Notes under the pieces: generated by a model
Told to the model about the DNA's origin: nothing
Database searches by the model: none
Seen by the model: the letters and a program-made list of their open reading frames with translations, nothing else
Origin: a virus
Lineage: Duplodnaviria; Heunggongvirae; Uroviricota; Caudoviricetes
Virus record (IMG/VR): IMGVR_UViG_2778261502_000003
Span: 1-9,862 of that record
DNA: 9,862 nucleotides
Strand: one strand, 5' to 3'
Made by a program: the position numbers and the translations under genes
In this document: piece after piece, positions 1 to 7,601 of the stretch
Layout of the letters: the number at the start of each line of letters is the position of its first letter
Position numbering within the stretch: position 1 is the first letter of the stretch

Positions 1-897
1 TTAATCCAGACAGTTAGATTTTGCATTTTTGAACGTATACCTGTTTTGATGTAATGCTATGATCTCTTTAATATCATTTGCTGAGTAGCCATCAAGTTCA
101 ATTTCTGATATCTCACCTTCGATCAGCACGATTTTGGCTGTCTGATTACTGGATACCGTAGTAGATTTTGACTTGAGTGTCTTACGTCCTTTAATCAACC
201 ATGACCCGCCACCATCTTTGACCCAGTCAACAAGAGTCTCAGCCCAATGAGAACCTTTGAGTTTCAAATTGCCATCTTTGTTTTCAAAAATAGTGGTCAC
301 AGTATTTGCATTGGTATCTTTTTCAAGCTTCCGTAAATCATTGGTTAACGCTTGCTTACTGCTTCCGAAGATATTCGGAGTAATCAGCGTAAAGCTGACT
401 TTGTCGATAAATTGAAGCCTATGGTATTCTGACCAAAAATCTTCCATTTCAAGACAAGGCTCTATAAATATTCTAAGTCCTAACTGAGCCAAATAGTCGT
501 TATTGGCTAGATCTTCAAACGCTTTAGCAACTTGTTGCGCATCCTTGAAAACAGCGGTTTTCCTCTCAACCAGTAACACCTGCTCTACTTTGTCCCAAAT
601 CCATACGATAGGTGGATAGTTGTCTACATCGTACTCTCGAAAGTCTTTATCATGTCCTTTAATCTTTTGCAGCTTTGATATGACTCCAGCCATAACACCA
701 TCAGTAGGTTTTATGCTCAATTTCAGGGTGTAACTAGTTTTCTTATGAACGGAAGGTGTTGATGACGTCATGTGTAAATTTTTTGCAGCGATAACCATAG
801 CATTTTCAAAATGAGAGATATCTTTCTGAACAGTTCCTTTCGAAAAGAGGTCTGGATCGCGCGGTCTCATTAACACACGTAAGGCATACAACTGCAT
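1..897 (-). CDS. Hypothetical protein, 298 aa; integrase-adjacent prophage cargo gene of unknown family
   Basis: Complete minus-strand ORF (ATG at 895-897, TAA at 1-3). AGGAG Shine-Dalgarno about 7 nt upstream of the ATG. Visibly AT-rich compared with the phage structural genes. No HExxH motif (so not the Lit protease that e14 carries here) and no motif I can assign to a known family. Confidence 0.6.
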   Translation of the reverse strand: MQLYALRVLMRPRDPDLFSKGTVQKDISHFENAMVIAAKNLHMTSSTPSVHKKTSYTLKLSIKPTDGVMAGVISKLQKIKGHDKDFREYDVDNYPPIVWIWDKVEQVLLVERKTAVFKDAQQVAKAFEDLANNDYLAQLGLRIFIEPCLEMEDFWSEYHRLQFIDKVSFTLITPNIFGSSKQALTNDLRKLEKDTNANTVTTIFENKDGNLKLKGSHWAETLVDWVKDGGGSWLIKGRKTLKSKSTTVSSNQTAKIVLIEGEISEIELDGYSANDIKEIIALHQNRYTFKNAKSNCLD

Positions 898-973
898 AAG
901 AAAACTCCTGTAAACTATTTGGTTTCATTATTCCATAAAACCAAGCACTTTCAAGAGCTTAATTTTCTTTCAA

Positions 974-993
974 TTCTGTATGCATATACAGTA
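974..993. promoter_or_regulatory. Candidate LexA (SOS) box overlapping the putative promoter of the 298-aa gene
   Basis: Minus strand reads TACTGTATATGCATACAGAA: CTGT-N8-ACAG with an AT-rich spacer, 14/16 identical to the LexA core consensus CTGTATATATATACAG as I recall it. It lies in the gap between the integrase stop (1013) and the 298-aa gene start (897). A -35-like TTTACA (minus strand, plus coordinates 1005-1010) and a -10-like TATATG inside the box would place the operator over the -10. Confidence 0.5.
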
Positions 994-1012
994 TCATTCA
1001 ATTTTGTAAAAT

Positions 1013-1690
1013 TCAAACCTTGATTTTTGCCCATTCCTTACCACGATCATCATGGTATTTAGCTGTCTGGTTAGGCGATTTATGTCCCAGAAGTTTTTGG
1101 GTGTCGACGCCCTGAGCTTCGTAAAGTCGCTCAGATAAAGATCTTTGTTCATGGAATGTGGCGGGCGAACCTTCACCCCAGTCAATGCCTGCTAAATCCC
1201 TCGCTTTACTGAAATTCATCGTCAATGTATTGGCTTTTACTTGCGCGCCACGTTCAGCCTGTGAAGTAGTACGAAAAAAATGTACAAGGTATGGGCTGAC
1301 TGCATAGTCACGGCAGCGGGCTACTACATCGCGTAAACTCCAGTTAATTGCATTGAGGCGAAGGGAAAGCGGGATGGCGATTTTGCTCCCGGTTTTTTCT
1401 TGGATGACGTGAAGATGATCATCCCAAATATCGCTAAATTTCATACGTGAGATATCACCTAACCGTTGGCCGGTAACCAGTGCTAACAGCATGGCATTCC
1501 CCATATAACGATGGCGGGCATCTGCGATATCAAAGATTTTTTGCCATTCTTCAAGACTTAACCGTTGTCGGGTAATTTTTCTTCTGGGTTGTTTGGTTGC
1601 CAGTGCTGGATTATAGCCCGGAGGGACTTCCCCATAGTGTTGTGCCTCCTTGAATACATCAATTAGAACGGAGCGGACTACTTGCGCCAC
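1013..1690 (-). pseudogene. Lambda-family tyrosine integrase, C-terminal (catalytic-domain) fragment; N-terminal arm-binding/core-binding region missing
   Basis: Translation aligns block-for-block with the catalytic domain of lambda Int as I remember it: LALVTGQRLGDI (Arg box), KTGSKIAIPL, ATFHEQRSLSERLY (His/Arg box), LLGHKSPNQTAKYHDDRGKEW (Tyr nucleophile region). Only about 225 codons are present against roughly 350-400 for intact family members. The open frame begins at the junction with the terminase fragment. Confidence 0.85.
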
Positions 1691-1731
1691 CGGAGTGGTT
1701 CGCTGAAGAAGATCTCCCTCTCGCCACGATC

Positions 1732-2052
1732 ATGTGGCAACTGACAACCAAAGAACTCTGCGGTCAGGGCCTGCTGTGCGTGACTGACCTCGCGGTGCTT
1801 GAGCGGTGGTGCGTGGCCTATGAGTTCTGGCGACGTGCCGTGAAAAATATTGCCAGACAGGGCAACACCATCACCGGTGCAATGGGCGGCATGGTCAAAA
1901 ATCCGGAGCTGACCGCCAAAAAAGAACAGGAGTCCGAGATGAGCAGTACGGGGGCAATGCTCGGACTCGACCCCAGCAGCCGCCAGCGTCTGATTGGCCT
2001 GGCGGGGCAGAAGAAAGCCACTAACCCGTTTCTGAAAATTATCGAATCATGA
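1732..2052 (+). pseudogene. Small terminase subunit (P27/HK97-like), C-terminal fragment
   Basis: About 106 codons resembling the C-terminal half of P27-family small terminases. The stop overlaps the large terminase start in ATGA (2049-2052), the usual terS-terL coupling. The N-terminal half is absent; the frame is interrupted just upstream, next to the integrase fragment. Confidence 0.55.
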
Positions 2053-3782
2053 GCCGGAAATCTTACCCCAACGTAAATGCTGCAAATCAGTATGCCCGTG
2101 ATGTCGTGCGCGGAAAGATTGTGGCCTGCCAGTTTGTGATTCAGGCCTGCCAGCGCCATCTTGATGACCTGATGGCGGAAAAAAGTAAGTCGTTTCGTTA
2201 CCGCTTCGACAAGGACCTGGCTGAACGGGCCGCCAAATTTATTCAGCTGTTGCCGCACACCAAGGGTGAGTGGGCATTCAAGAGGATGCCTATCACGCTG
2301 GAGCCGTGGCAGCTCTTTGTGATCTGCTGCGCGTTTGGCTGGGTCAATAAAGGCTCCCGGCTGCGCCGCTTCCGTGAGGTGTATACCGAAATCCCCCGTA
2401 AGAACGGCAAATCGGCAATTTCTGCCGGTGTCGCCCTGTATTGTTTTGCCTGTGATAACGAGTTCGGCGCGGAAGTGTATTCCGGTGCCACGACGGAGAA
2501 ACAGGCATGGGAAGTCTTTCGTCCGGCAAGACTGATGTGTAAACGCACACCCATGCTGACGGAAGCGTTCGGGATTGAGGTTAACGCCTCAAACATGAAC
2601 CGTCCGGAGGATGGTGCGCGTTTTGAACCGCTGATCGGTAACCCCGGTGATGGTTCATCACCCCACTGTGCGGTGGTGGATGAATATCACGAGCACGCCA
2701 CCGATGCGCTTTACACCACGATGCTTACCGGGATGGGGGCGCGACGTCAGCCACTGATGTGGGCTATCACTACCGCCGGGTACAACATTGAGGGGCCGTG
2801 CTACGACAAACGGCGGGAAGTCATCGAGATGCTCAACGGCTCGGTGCCTAACGATGAACTGTTCGGGATTATCTATACCGTTGATGAAGGTGACGACTGG
2901 ACCGACCCGCAGGTGCTGGAAAAAGCTAACCCGAATATTGGCGTGTCGGTTTATCGCGAATTTTTGTTAAGTCAGCAGCAGCGTGCGAAAAATAACGCCC
3001 GTCTGGCAAACGTCTTTAAAACAAAACACCTCAATATCTGGGTGTCGGCGCGTTCGGCGTATTTCAACCTGGTGAGCTGGCAGAGCTGCGAGGATAAATC
3101 ACTGACCCTTGAGCAGTTCGAGGGGCAGCCGTGCATTCTGGCCTTTGACCTGGCGCGTAAGCTGGATATGAACAGCATGGCGCGACTTTATACCCGCGAG
3201 ATTGACGGTAAAACGCATTACTACAGTGTGGCCCCGCGTTTCTGGGTACCGTATGACACGGTGTACAGCGTCGAGAAAAATGAAGATCGACGGACAGCCG
3301 AACGCTTTCAGAAATGGGTGGAAATGGGCGTTCTGACCGTTACCGATGGTGCGGAGGTGGATTATCGCTACATCCTCGAGGAGGCCAAAGCGGCGAACAA
3401 AATCAGCCCGGTCAGTGAGTCACCCATTGACCCCTTCGGGGCGACCGGGTTGTCACATGACCTTGCTGATGAAGACCTGAACCCCATCACTATCATTCAG
3501 AACTACACCAACATGTCCGACCCGATGAAAGAGCTGGAAGCGGCAATTGAATCGGGGCGCTTTCATCATGATGGCAATCCCATCATGACCTGGTGTATCG
3601 GCAACGTGGTCGGCAAAACCATTCCGGGTAACGATGATGTGGTGAAGCCCGTCAAAGAGCAGGCGGAAAACAAAATCGATGGTGCAGTTGCGCTGATTAT
3701 GGCGGTTGGCAGAGCCATGCTGTACGAGAAAGAAGACACGCTGTCTGACCACATTGAGTCCTATGGGATCCGCTCGCTTTAA
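2049..3782 (+). CDS. Phage terminase large subunit (Terminase_1 / HK97-type)
   Basis: 577-aa ORF with a Walker A-like motif (PRKNGKS) and Walker B-like motif (AVVDEYHE) in the N-terminal ATPase region. Length and overall composition are typical of HK97-type large terminases. It is translationally coupled to the upstream terS fragment. High GC, typical of the phage backbone. Confidence 0.9.
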
Positions 3783-3793
3783 CTGAGGTAATT

Positions 3794-3976
3794 ATGATCA
3801 TGCTGATTCTCGCGCCTCTGGTGGGCGTGCTGGGGGCGCTTTTGCTGGCGTATGGTGCCTGGCTGATTTATCCCCCGGCGGGGTTTGTTGTTGCCGGGGC
3901 GTTGTGCCTGTTCTGGTCGTGGCTGGTGGCGCGATATCTCGACCGTACACAGTCGTCAGTCGGCGGAGGTAAATAG
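3794..3976 (+). CDS. Small hydrophobic protein (two predicted transmembrane helices), phage head-module ORF of unknown function
   Basis: 60-aa [56 protein letters not shown] Shine-Dalgarno upstream of the ATG. Its TAG stop overlaps the GTG start of the next gene (TAGTG). Confidence 0.45.
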
Positions 3977-4941
3977 TGTTCTTTTCGGGATTATTTCAAC
4001 GAAAAAGTGACGCACCGGTGACCACGCCAGCAGAGCTGGCGGACGCTATCGGGCTGTCCTACGACACCTATACCGGAAAGCAGATCAGCAGTCAGCGGGC
4101 CATGCGACTGACGGCGGTTTTTTCCTGCGTCAGGGTGCTGGCAGAGTCGGTCGGGATGTTGCCCTGCAACCTGTATCACCTGAACGGCAACCTGAAACAG
4201 AGAGCCACCGGCGAACGTCTGCATAAGCTGATTTCCACGCATCCCAATGGCTATATGACGCCGCAGGAGTTTTGGGAGCTGGTGGTCACCTGTCTGTGCC
4301 TGCGGGGAAACTTTTACGCCTACAAAGTGAAAGCATTTGGCGAAGTGGCTGAACTGCTGCCCGTCGATCCCGGCTGTGTGGTAACCGAATTTGCCGAACA
4401 GGAAGAAATTGCCTTTACCACCGGCGATGGTACCAAGAAGCCGAAAGGGTTCCTGGCGTATGAATCCACTGATGAAACCGATAAGGTCCGGGCGTTCGGC
4501 AAACTTCAGCATATTGTATCCGGCGAAGCGACGGCGGTGACCGCAGACGCCATTATCAAACTGATTTACACGCTGCGTAAGGCACACCGCACTGGCGCGA
4601 AGTTCATGATGAACAACAACAGCCTGTTTGCCATCCGTCTGCTTAAAGACAGCGAGGGTAACTATCTGTGGCGTCCGGGGCTGGAACTGGGGCAGCCGTC
4701 CTCTCTGGCGGGTTACGGTATCGCTGAAAACGAACAGATGCCGGATATCGCCGCTGATGCGAAAGCCATTGCATTTGGTAACTTCAAACGGGGTTACACC
4801 ATCGTTGACCGTATCGGCACCCGCATTCTGCGTGACCCGTACACCAATAAACCGTTTGTCGGTTTTTATACCACCAAGCGCACCGGCGGGATGCTGGTCG
4901 ATTCGCAGGCCATCAAACTGCTGAAGATTGCAGCGGCGTAA
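3976..4941 (+). CDS. Chimeric ORF: HK97-family portal N-terminus fused in frame to HK97-fold major capsid protein C-terminus (deletion derivative, probably non-functional)
   Basis: GTG start with a GGAGG Shine-Dalgarno 7 nt upstream. Residues about 1-140 look like a portal N-terminus (SSQRAMRLTAVFSCVRVLAESVGMLPCNLY ... GNFYAYKV). Residues about 180-321 look like a major capsid C-terminus (YLWRPGLELGQPSSLAGYGIAENEQMPDIA ... AIAFGNFKRGYTIVDRIGTRILRDPYTNKPFVGFYTTKRTGG ... AIKLLK). At 321 aa it is too short to be either protein, and no prohead protease is present. Confidence 0.65.
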   Translation: MFFSGLFQRKSDAPVTTPAELADAIGLSYDTYTGKQISSQRAMRLTAVFSCVRVLAESVGMLPCNLYHLNGNLKQRATGERLHKLISTHPNGYMTPQEFWELVVTCLCLRGNFYAYKVKAFGEVAELLPVDPGCVVTEFAEQEEIAFTTGDGTKKPKGFLAYESTDETDKVRAFGKLQHIVSGEATAVTADAIIKLIYTLRKAHRTGAKFMMNNNSLFAIRLLKDSEGNYLWRPGLELGQPSSLAGYGIAENEQMPDIAADAKAIAFGNFKRGYTIVDRIGTRILRDPYTNKPFVGFYTTKRTGGMLVDSQAIKLLKIAAA

Positions 4942-4947
4942 TCACTC

Positions 4948-4975
4948 AGGGGCGCGGAACCGCGCCCCCTGTTCT
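4948..4975 (+). terminator. GC-rich hairpin downstream of the capsid-fusion ORF (possible intrinsic terminator)
   Basis: AGGGGCGCGG-AA-CCGCGCCCCT is a perfect inverted repeat (4948-4969) followed by GTTCTG. The U-tract is weak, so efficiency is uncertain. Confidence 0.35.
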
Positions 4976-4988
4976 GACGGGTGAAGAA

Positions 4989-5204
4989 TCATGATCCTGA
5001 AACAAGATCTGAAATGGTCACCGGACGGTAAACCTTTGCCAGTTCCGGGTATTCTTCAGCAGAAAAAGCCGCACCATTGCATTTTAGCCAGCCTGTTGGC
5101 GGAGTGGCGGAAGGCCACGGGACAGGCACACCAACGGGTAATGCCGAACCTTCTCCCAAACCAACGTTTATGAAAATGCAGAAATAACGAGCAAATGGCA
5201 TCAT
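4989..5204 (-). pseudogene. Tail-fibre variable-region fragment (Stf / Mu S-type), stub of the invertible segment
   Basis: The minus-strand ORF contains LPVGVPVPWPSATPPTGWLKCNGAAFSAEEYPELAKVY. This is the PWPS...GW..C.G..F....YP.L motif that opens the variable C-terminal part of Mu S / P1 S / e14 Stf tail fibres. The reading frame stops about 45 residues later and no constant N-terminal part is present. Confidence 0.45.
5151..5176. other. Candidate pix/gix-like recombination site (crossover site of the Pin invertible segment)
   Basis: TTCTCCCAAACC-AA-CGTTTATGAAAA is two imperfect inverted 12-bp half-sites around a 2-bp core. The left half matches 10/12 to the gix half-site TTATCCAAAACC recalled from memory. 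It sits where expected, between the tail-fibre variable-region start and pin. Confidence 0.3.
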
Positions 5205-5230
5205 TCCTGCTTTTGTCAGAGGGATCCACT

Positions 5231-5422
5231 ATGCTTATTGGCTATGTACGCGTATCAATAAATGACCAGAACACAGATCTACAACGTAATGCGTTGAACT
5301 GTGCAGGATGCGAGCTGATTTTTGAAGACAAGATAAGCGGTACAAAGTCCGAGAGCCTAGGGCTGACAGTGCTGTTCTTGATGCAAATTAAAGGATTTAA
5401 TAGTGAGTTGCGGCCTTACTAA
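5231..5422 (+). pseudogene. pin: Serine DNA invertase (Pin/Gin/Hin family), N-terminal fragment
   Basis: MLIGYVRVSINDQNTDLQRNALNCAGCELIFEDKISGTKSE matches the N-terminal catalytic block of Gin/Hin/Pin invertases, including the catalytic serine in YVRVS. Similarity is lost after about 45 codons and the frame runs into unrelated AT-rich sequence. The ORF track's 5195 start is an in-frame upstream ATG; ATG 5231 is the likelier native start. Confidence 0.75.
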
Positions 5423-5433
5423 TGTAAGGCCGC
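5410..5433. terminator. Perfect 10-bp-stem hairpin between the convergent pin stub and the GmrSD-like gene (likely bidirectional terminator)
   Basis: GCGGCCTTAC-TAAT-GTAAGGCCGC is a perfect inverted repeat, followed on the plus strand by the T-rich TATAATCATTTTATT. It lies 23 bp from the stop of the minus-strand gene. Confidence 0.4.
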
Positions 5434-5455
5434 TATAATCATTTTATTAATTGCA

Positions 5456-7345
5456 TTAATCGTATTTTGGCCATACTTTCAATGCAATTTCCCCCAACTT
5501 TTTACCTCGCTCCAGTATTTCACTCTCATCCCATTTATCCTTAAGTATAAGTGGTATGTTCAGTCGTAGATTGGTGTGGACGATGAGAGCATCACGTTTT
5601 TTCAGAAATACAGCATTCTGAACGGAACGGTTTACGCTAAGGTTAAGCAAAGTTAGATTTCCCAACGTAGCTATCGTTTGTTGCCGTTTCCTTACCAGTA
5701 GCTGTTCAGGGGTAAGATCGGTTCCAGACAGAACAATTTGGTTCATTACCGTAGCATCTGAATTTGTCACCATATGACCATTTTCGAGAGGCCAACAGGA
5801 ATACCAACTTTGAGGCATAAGATGATCGATATCGAGATTAGAAAGATTTGGAACATCAGGCTTTTCTGTCTTCACTTGGCGACAAAGTTCTCTTTCAAGT
5901 TCCGTTAACATTGAGCGCATTTTCGGTGCGTCGAGCCTGCCAGGATAAAGTGGAGCATTGATGCAAGCGTTGAGAAATTCTGAGTCCCCAGGCCAACGTG
6001 AGGCTTCGCCATTTAAGCTATTGAGGATATTACGTAACTCAATACTGGAAATTTCCGTTTTAGACAAGTGTCGCAATACATTCATAAATACATTGTTGTA
6101 ATTCTTTGGCGTCAGGCCACATACGGATCTTCGTACTACGTAGGAGACAAGATCATTATACATGGCTGCTTTCTCATCATCGGCGATGTTAGCTATCGAA
6201 ATGAACAAAGCAAGCGGATAGAGTGTCGTCACATCATAGGCTGCGATGCGATGTCCAAAGTGTGAGATGGGGGTTGTGCCAAAACCACCAACCAATTCTT
6301 TATATTGTGATGCATATTGTTTGAGGCGCTTTACTTGCAGATCTGCTCGTTGTGAAGGCAAGTCCTTACTTACATAATCACGATACTCATTGTAAAGGCG
6401 AGACAGATCAATTTCACGCTGCCTTTCTGATTGCAATGTCGCATGTACAAGCCACTCCATGCGTGGTTTATTAATACGTCCACGGCGTTGCTTTTCCGAC
6501 CAGTATTTATCTTCAAAGATCTTCCACTCATTTTCATATAATTCAATAGTATTAATATTTTCATGCTCAGCGCACATAAAGATATAGTTGCGAATAAGAT
6601 CCGTTGCATGAAGTTCCGCTCCTCGCCCATTTAATGTTTCAAAAATTATTTGGGCATCATCTTCAGCTTCGAGAAATATGCTTACCAGTTTCAGATCCGT
6701 CAAGACAGCCTCAATTAGTGCTACAGCATTTTCTTGTGGTGAGCGGTTTTCTATTTTAATCCATTTTATAAAGGCTTCAGTAAAAAACCATAATGCCTCT
6801 AGTGACGGCGGGTGGTTGAAATGTTTACGTAACGTACCATGTTGCGTGAAGCTATCAGAAAATACATTACGGAGATCGTCAATATTATCAACATTAAGAC
6901 TTTGAATAAAATGAGTTTGATCTCGAAAAGTTGGCCACAGTTTGAAGCATTCTACCTTTTTATTTCTCATCGTTGCTTCGTTTGTATTTTTCAAGCAAGT
7001 CAATACTAACCCTTCCAGTTCAGAAAGGCCTGTAGCACGCAATGATAATCGAATGGATGCCAGAATATATTGAAGAGTGGTTAAACGTTGCTGGCCGTCA
7101 ATAATATGTATGGTATCTACACCTAACAAGCTGTTTTTGAGTTGAGGTTCCAGCACCACCGCGCCGAGGAAATGAGGGGTTGGTTTTGTTCCCGAAAGTC
7201 GGCTCTGTGCTTTTTCGAAGATATCCTCCAGCAAAGCTGACCATTGGTTTCGTTGCGTCCATACGTAGGCACGTTGATAGAATGGAACACGATATTGTCG
7301 TTGATTTTGGAAAATTTGCTGGATGGTTAGCGTTTCGGATTTCAT
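5456..7345 (-). CDS. GmrSD-like Type IV (modification-dependent) restriction endonuclease; DUF262 (ParB-like NTPase) N-terminal domain plus DUF1524 (His-Me finger nuclease) C-terminal domain
   Basis: 629-aa ORF. N-terminus has the DUF262 signature: FYQRAYVWT, then IHIIDGQQRLTTL (DGQQR at residues 83-87, plus-strand 7085-7099). C-terminus has the DUF1524 signature: DIDHLMPQSW (His codon at 5822-5824), then LGNLTLLNLSVNRSVQNAVFLKK. AT-rich and convergent with the pin stub. The architecture matches GmrSD, BrxU and SspE. Confidence 0.8.
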   Translation of the reverse strand: MKSETLTIQQIFQNQRQYRVPFYQRAYVWTQRNQWSALLEDIFEKAQSRLSGTKPTPHFLGAVVLEPQLKNSLLGVDTIHIIDGQQRLTTLQYILASIRLSLRATGLSELEGLVLTCLKNTNEATMRNKKVECFKLWPTFRDQTHFIQSLNVDNIDDLRNVFSDSFTQHGTLRKHFNHPPSLEALWFFTEAFIKWIKIENRSPQENAVALIEAVLTDLKLVSIFLEAEDDAQIIFETLNGRGAELHATDLIRNYIFMCAEHENINTIELYENEWKIFEDKYWSEKQRRGRINKPRMEWLVHATLQSERQREIDLSRLYNEYRDYVSKDLPSQRADLQVKRLKQYASQYKELVGGFGTTPISHFGHRIAAYDVTTLYPLALFISIANIADDEKAAMYNDLVSYVVRRSVCGLTPKNYNNVFMNVLRHLSKTEISSIELRNILNSLNGEASRWPGDSEFLNACINAPLYPGRLDAPKMRSMLTELERELCRQVKTEKPDVPNLSNLDIDHLMPQSWYSCWPLENGHMVTNSDATVMNQIVLSGTDLTPEQLLVRKRQQTIATLGNLTLLNLSVNRSVQNAVFLKKRDALIVHTNLRLNIPLILKDKWDESEILERGKKLGEIALKVWPKYD

Positions 7346-7601
7346 TGTTTACCTATAAATAACATTAAGTGACATTCTACAAGAGTAAGAAATTCATCTG
7401 AGTCAGAACAATCATTTTTATGTAGTTATGATACAGTGTATTTGTTACTGGTGAAGTAAAAATAAGAAACCCCGCTTTTGAATGCTGACGCGCTACGGTT
7501 TCATTGGATATTTTTTGTCTCTCCTCCATCCCGTTGGTGTTCTGTTTAGACTGATAACTTGCTGTTTTAATTGATATTAGTTTCTTGCGCCGCCCAATCA
7601 T

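Noticed and set aside
1-897. Possibility that the 298-aa protein is Lit, the e14 cell-death protease of almost identical length (297 aa) that occupies this position in K-12
   Set aside because: Lit is a zinc metalloprotease with an HExxH motif; this translation contains no HExxH, so I treat it as a different protein.
994-1185. 63-aa minus-strand ORF overlapping the 3' end of the integrase fragment
   Set aside because: Alternative frame of the integrase coding region; no independent support.
1818-3754. Multiple ORFs overlapping the terminase genes on other frames or the opposite strand (1818-2258 minus, 2243-2596 minus, 2335-2535 plus, 2344-2550 minus, 2788-2970 plus, 2972-3178 minus, 3453-3752 minus, 3566-3754 minus)
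   Set aside because: They lie entirely inside the well-supported terL/terS reading frames in GC-rich DNA, where stop-free shadow frames are common. Their translations are low-complexity (Arg/Pro/Ser-rich) with no recognisable motifs.
3991-4924. ORFs 3991-4587 (minus), 4320-4502 (minus) and 4628-4924 (plus) overlapping the portal::capsid ORF
   Set aside because: Shadow frames inside a coding region with clear homology-like signal on the annotated frame.
4991-5173. 60-aa plus-strand ORF opposite the tail-fibre fragment
   Set aside because: The minus strand carries the recognisable tail-fibre PWPS...GW..C motif; the plus-strand translation has no features and is probably a shadow.
5195-5230. 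ORF-track start at 5195 for the pin fragment (MASFLLLSEGST upstream of MLIGYVRVS)
   Set aside because: Invertases of this family begin at the MLIGYVRVS methionine; the upstream 12 codons overlap the candidate recombination site region and are probably not translated.
6068-7362. Small ORFs 6068-6265 (plus), 6370-6630 (minus), 6678-6905 (plus) and 7180-7362 (plus) within the GmrSD-like gene
   Set aside because: Embedded in or antisense to the 629-aa ORF, which has clear domain signatures; no independent evidence.
7377-7601. 74-aa minus-strand ORF between the tandem repeat and the GmrSD-like gene
   Set aside because: Compositionally odd (Lys/Gln/Asn-rich, ends in hydrophobic LLL), no convincing RBS, no motif. 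Kept only as context for the repeat finding, not called as a gene.
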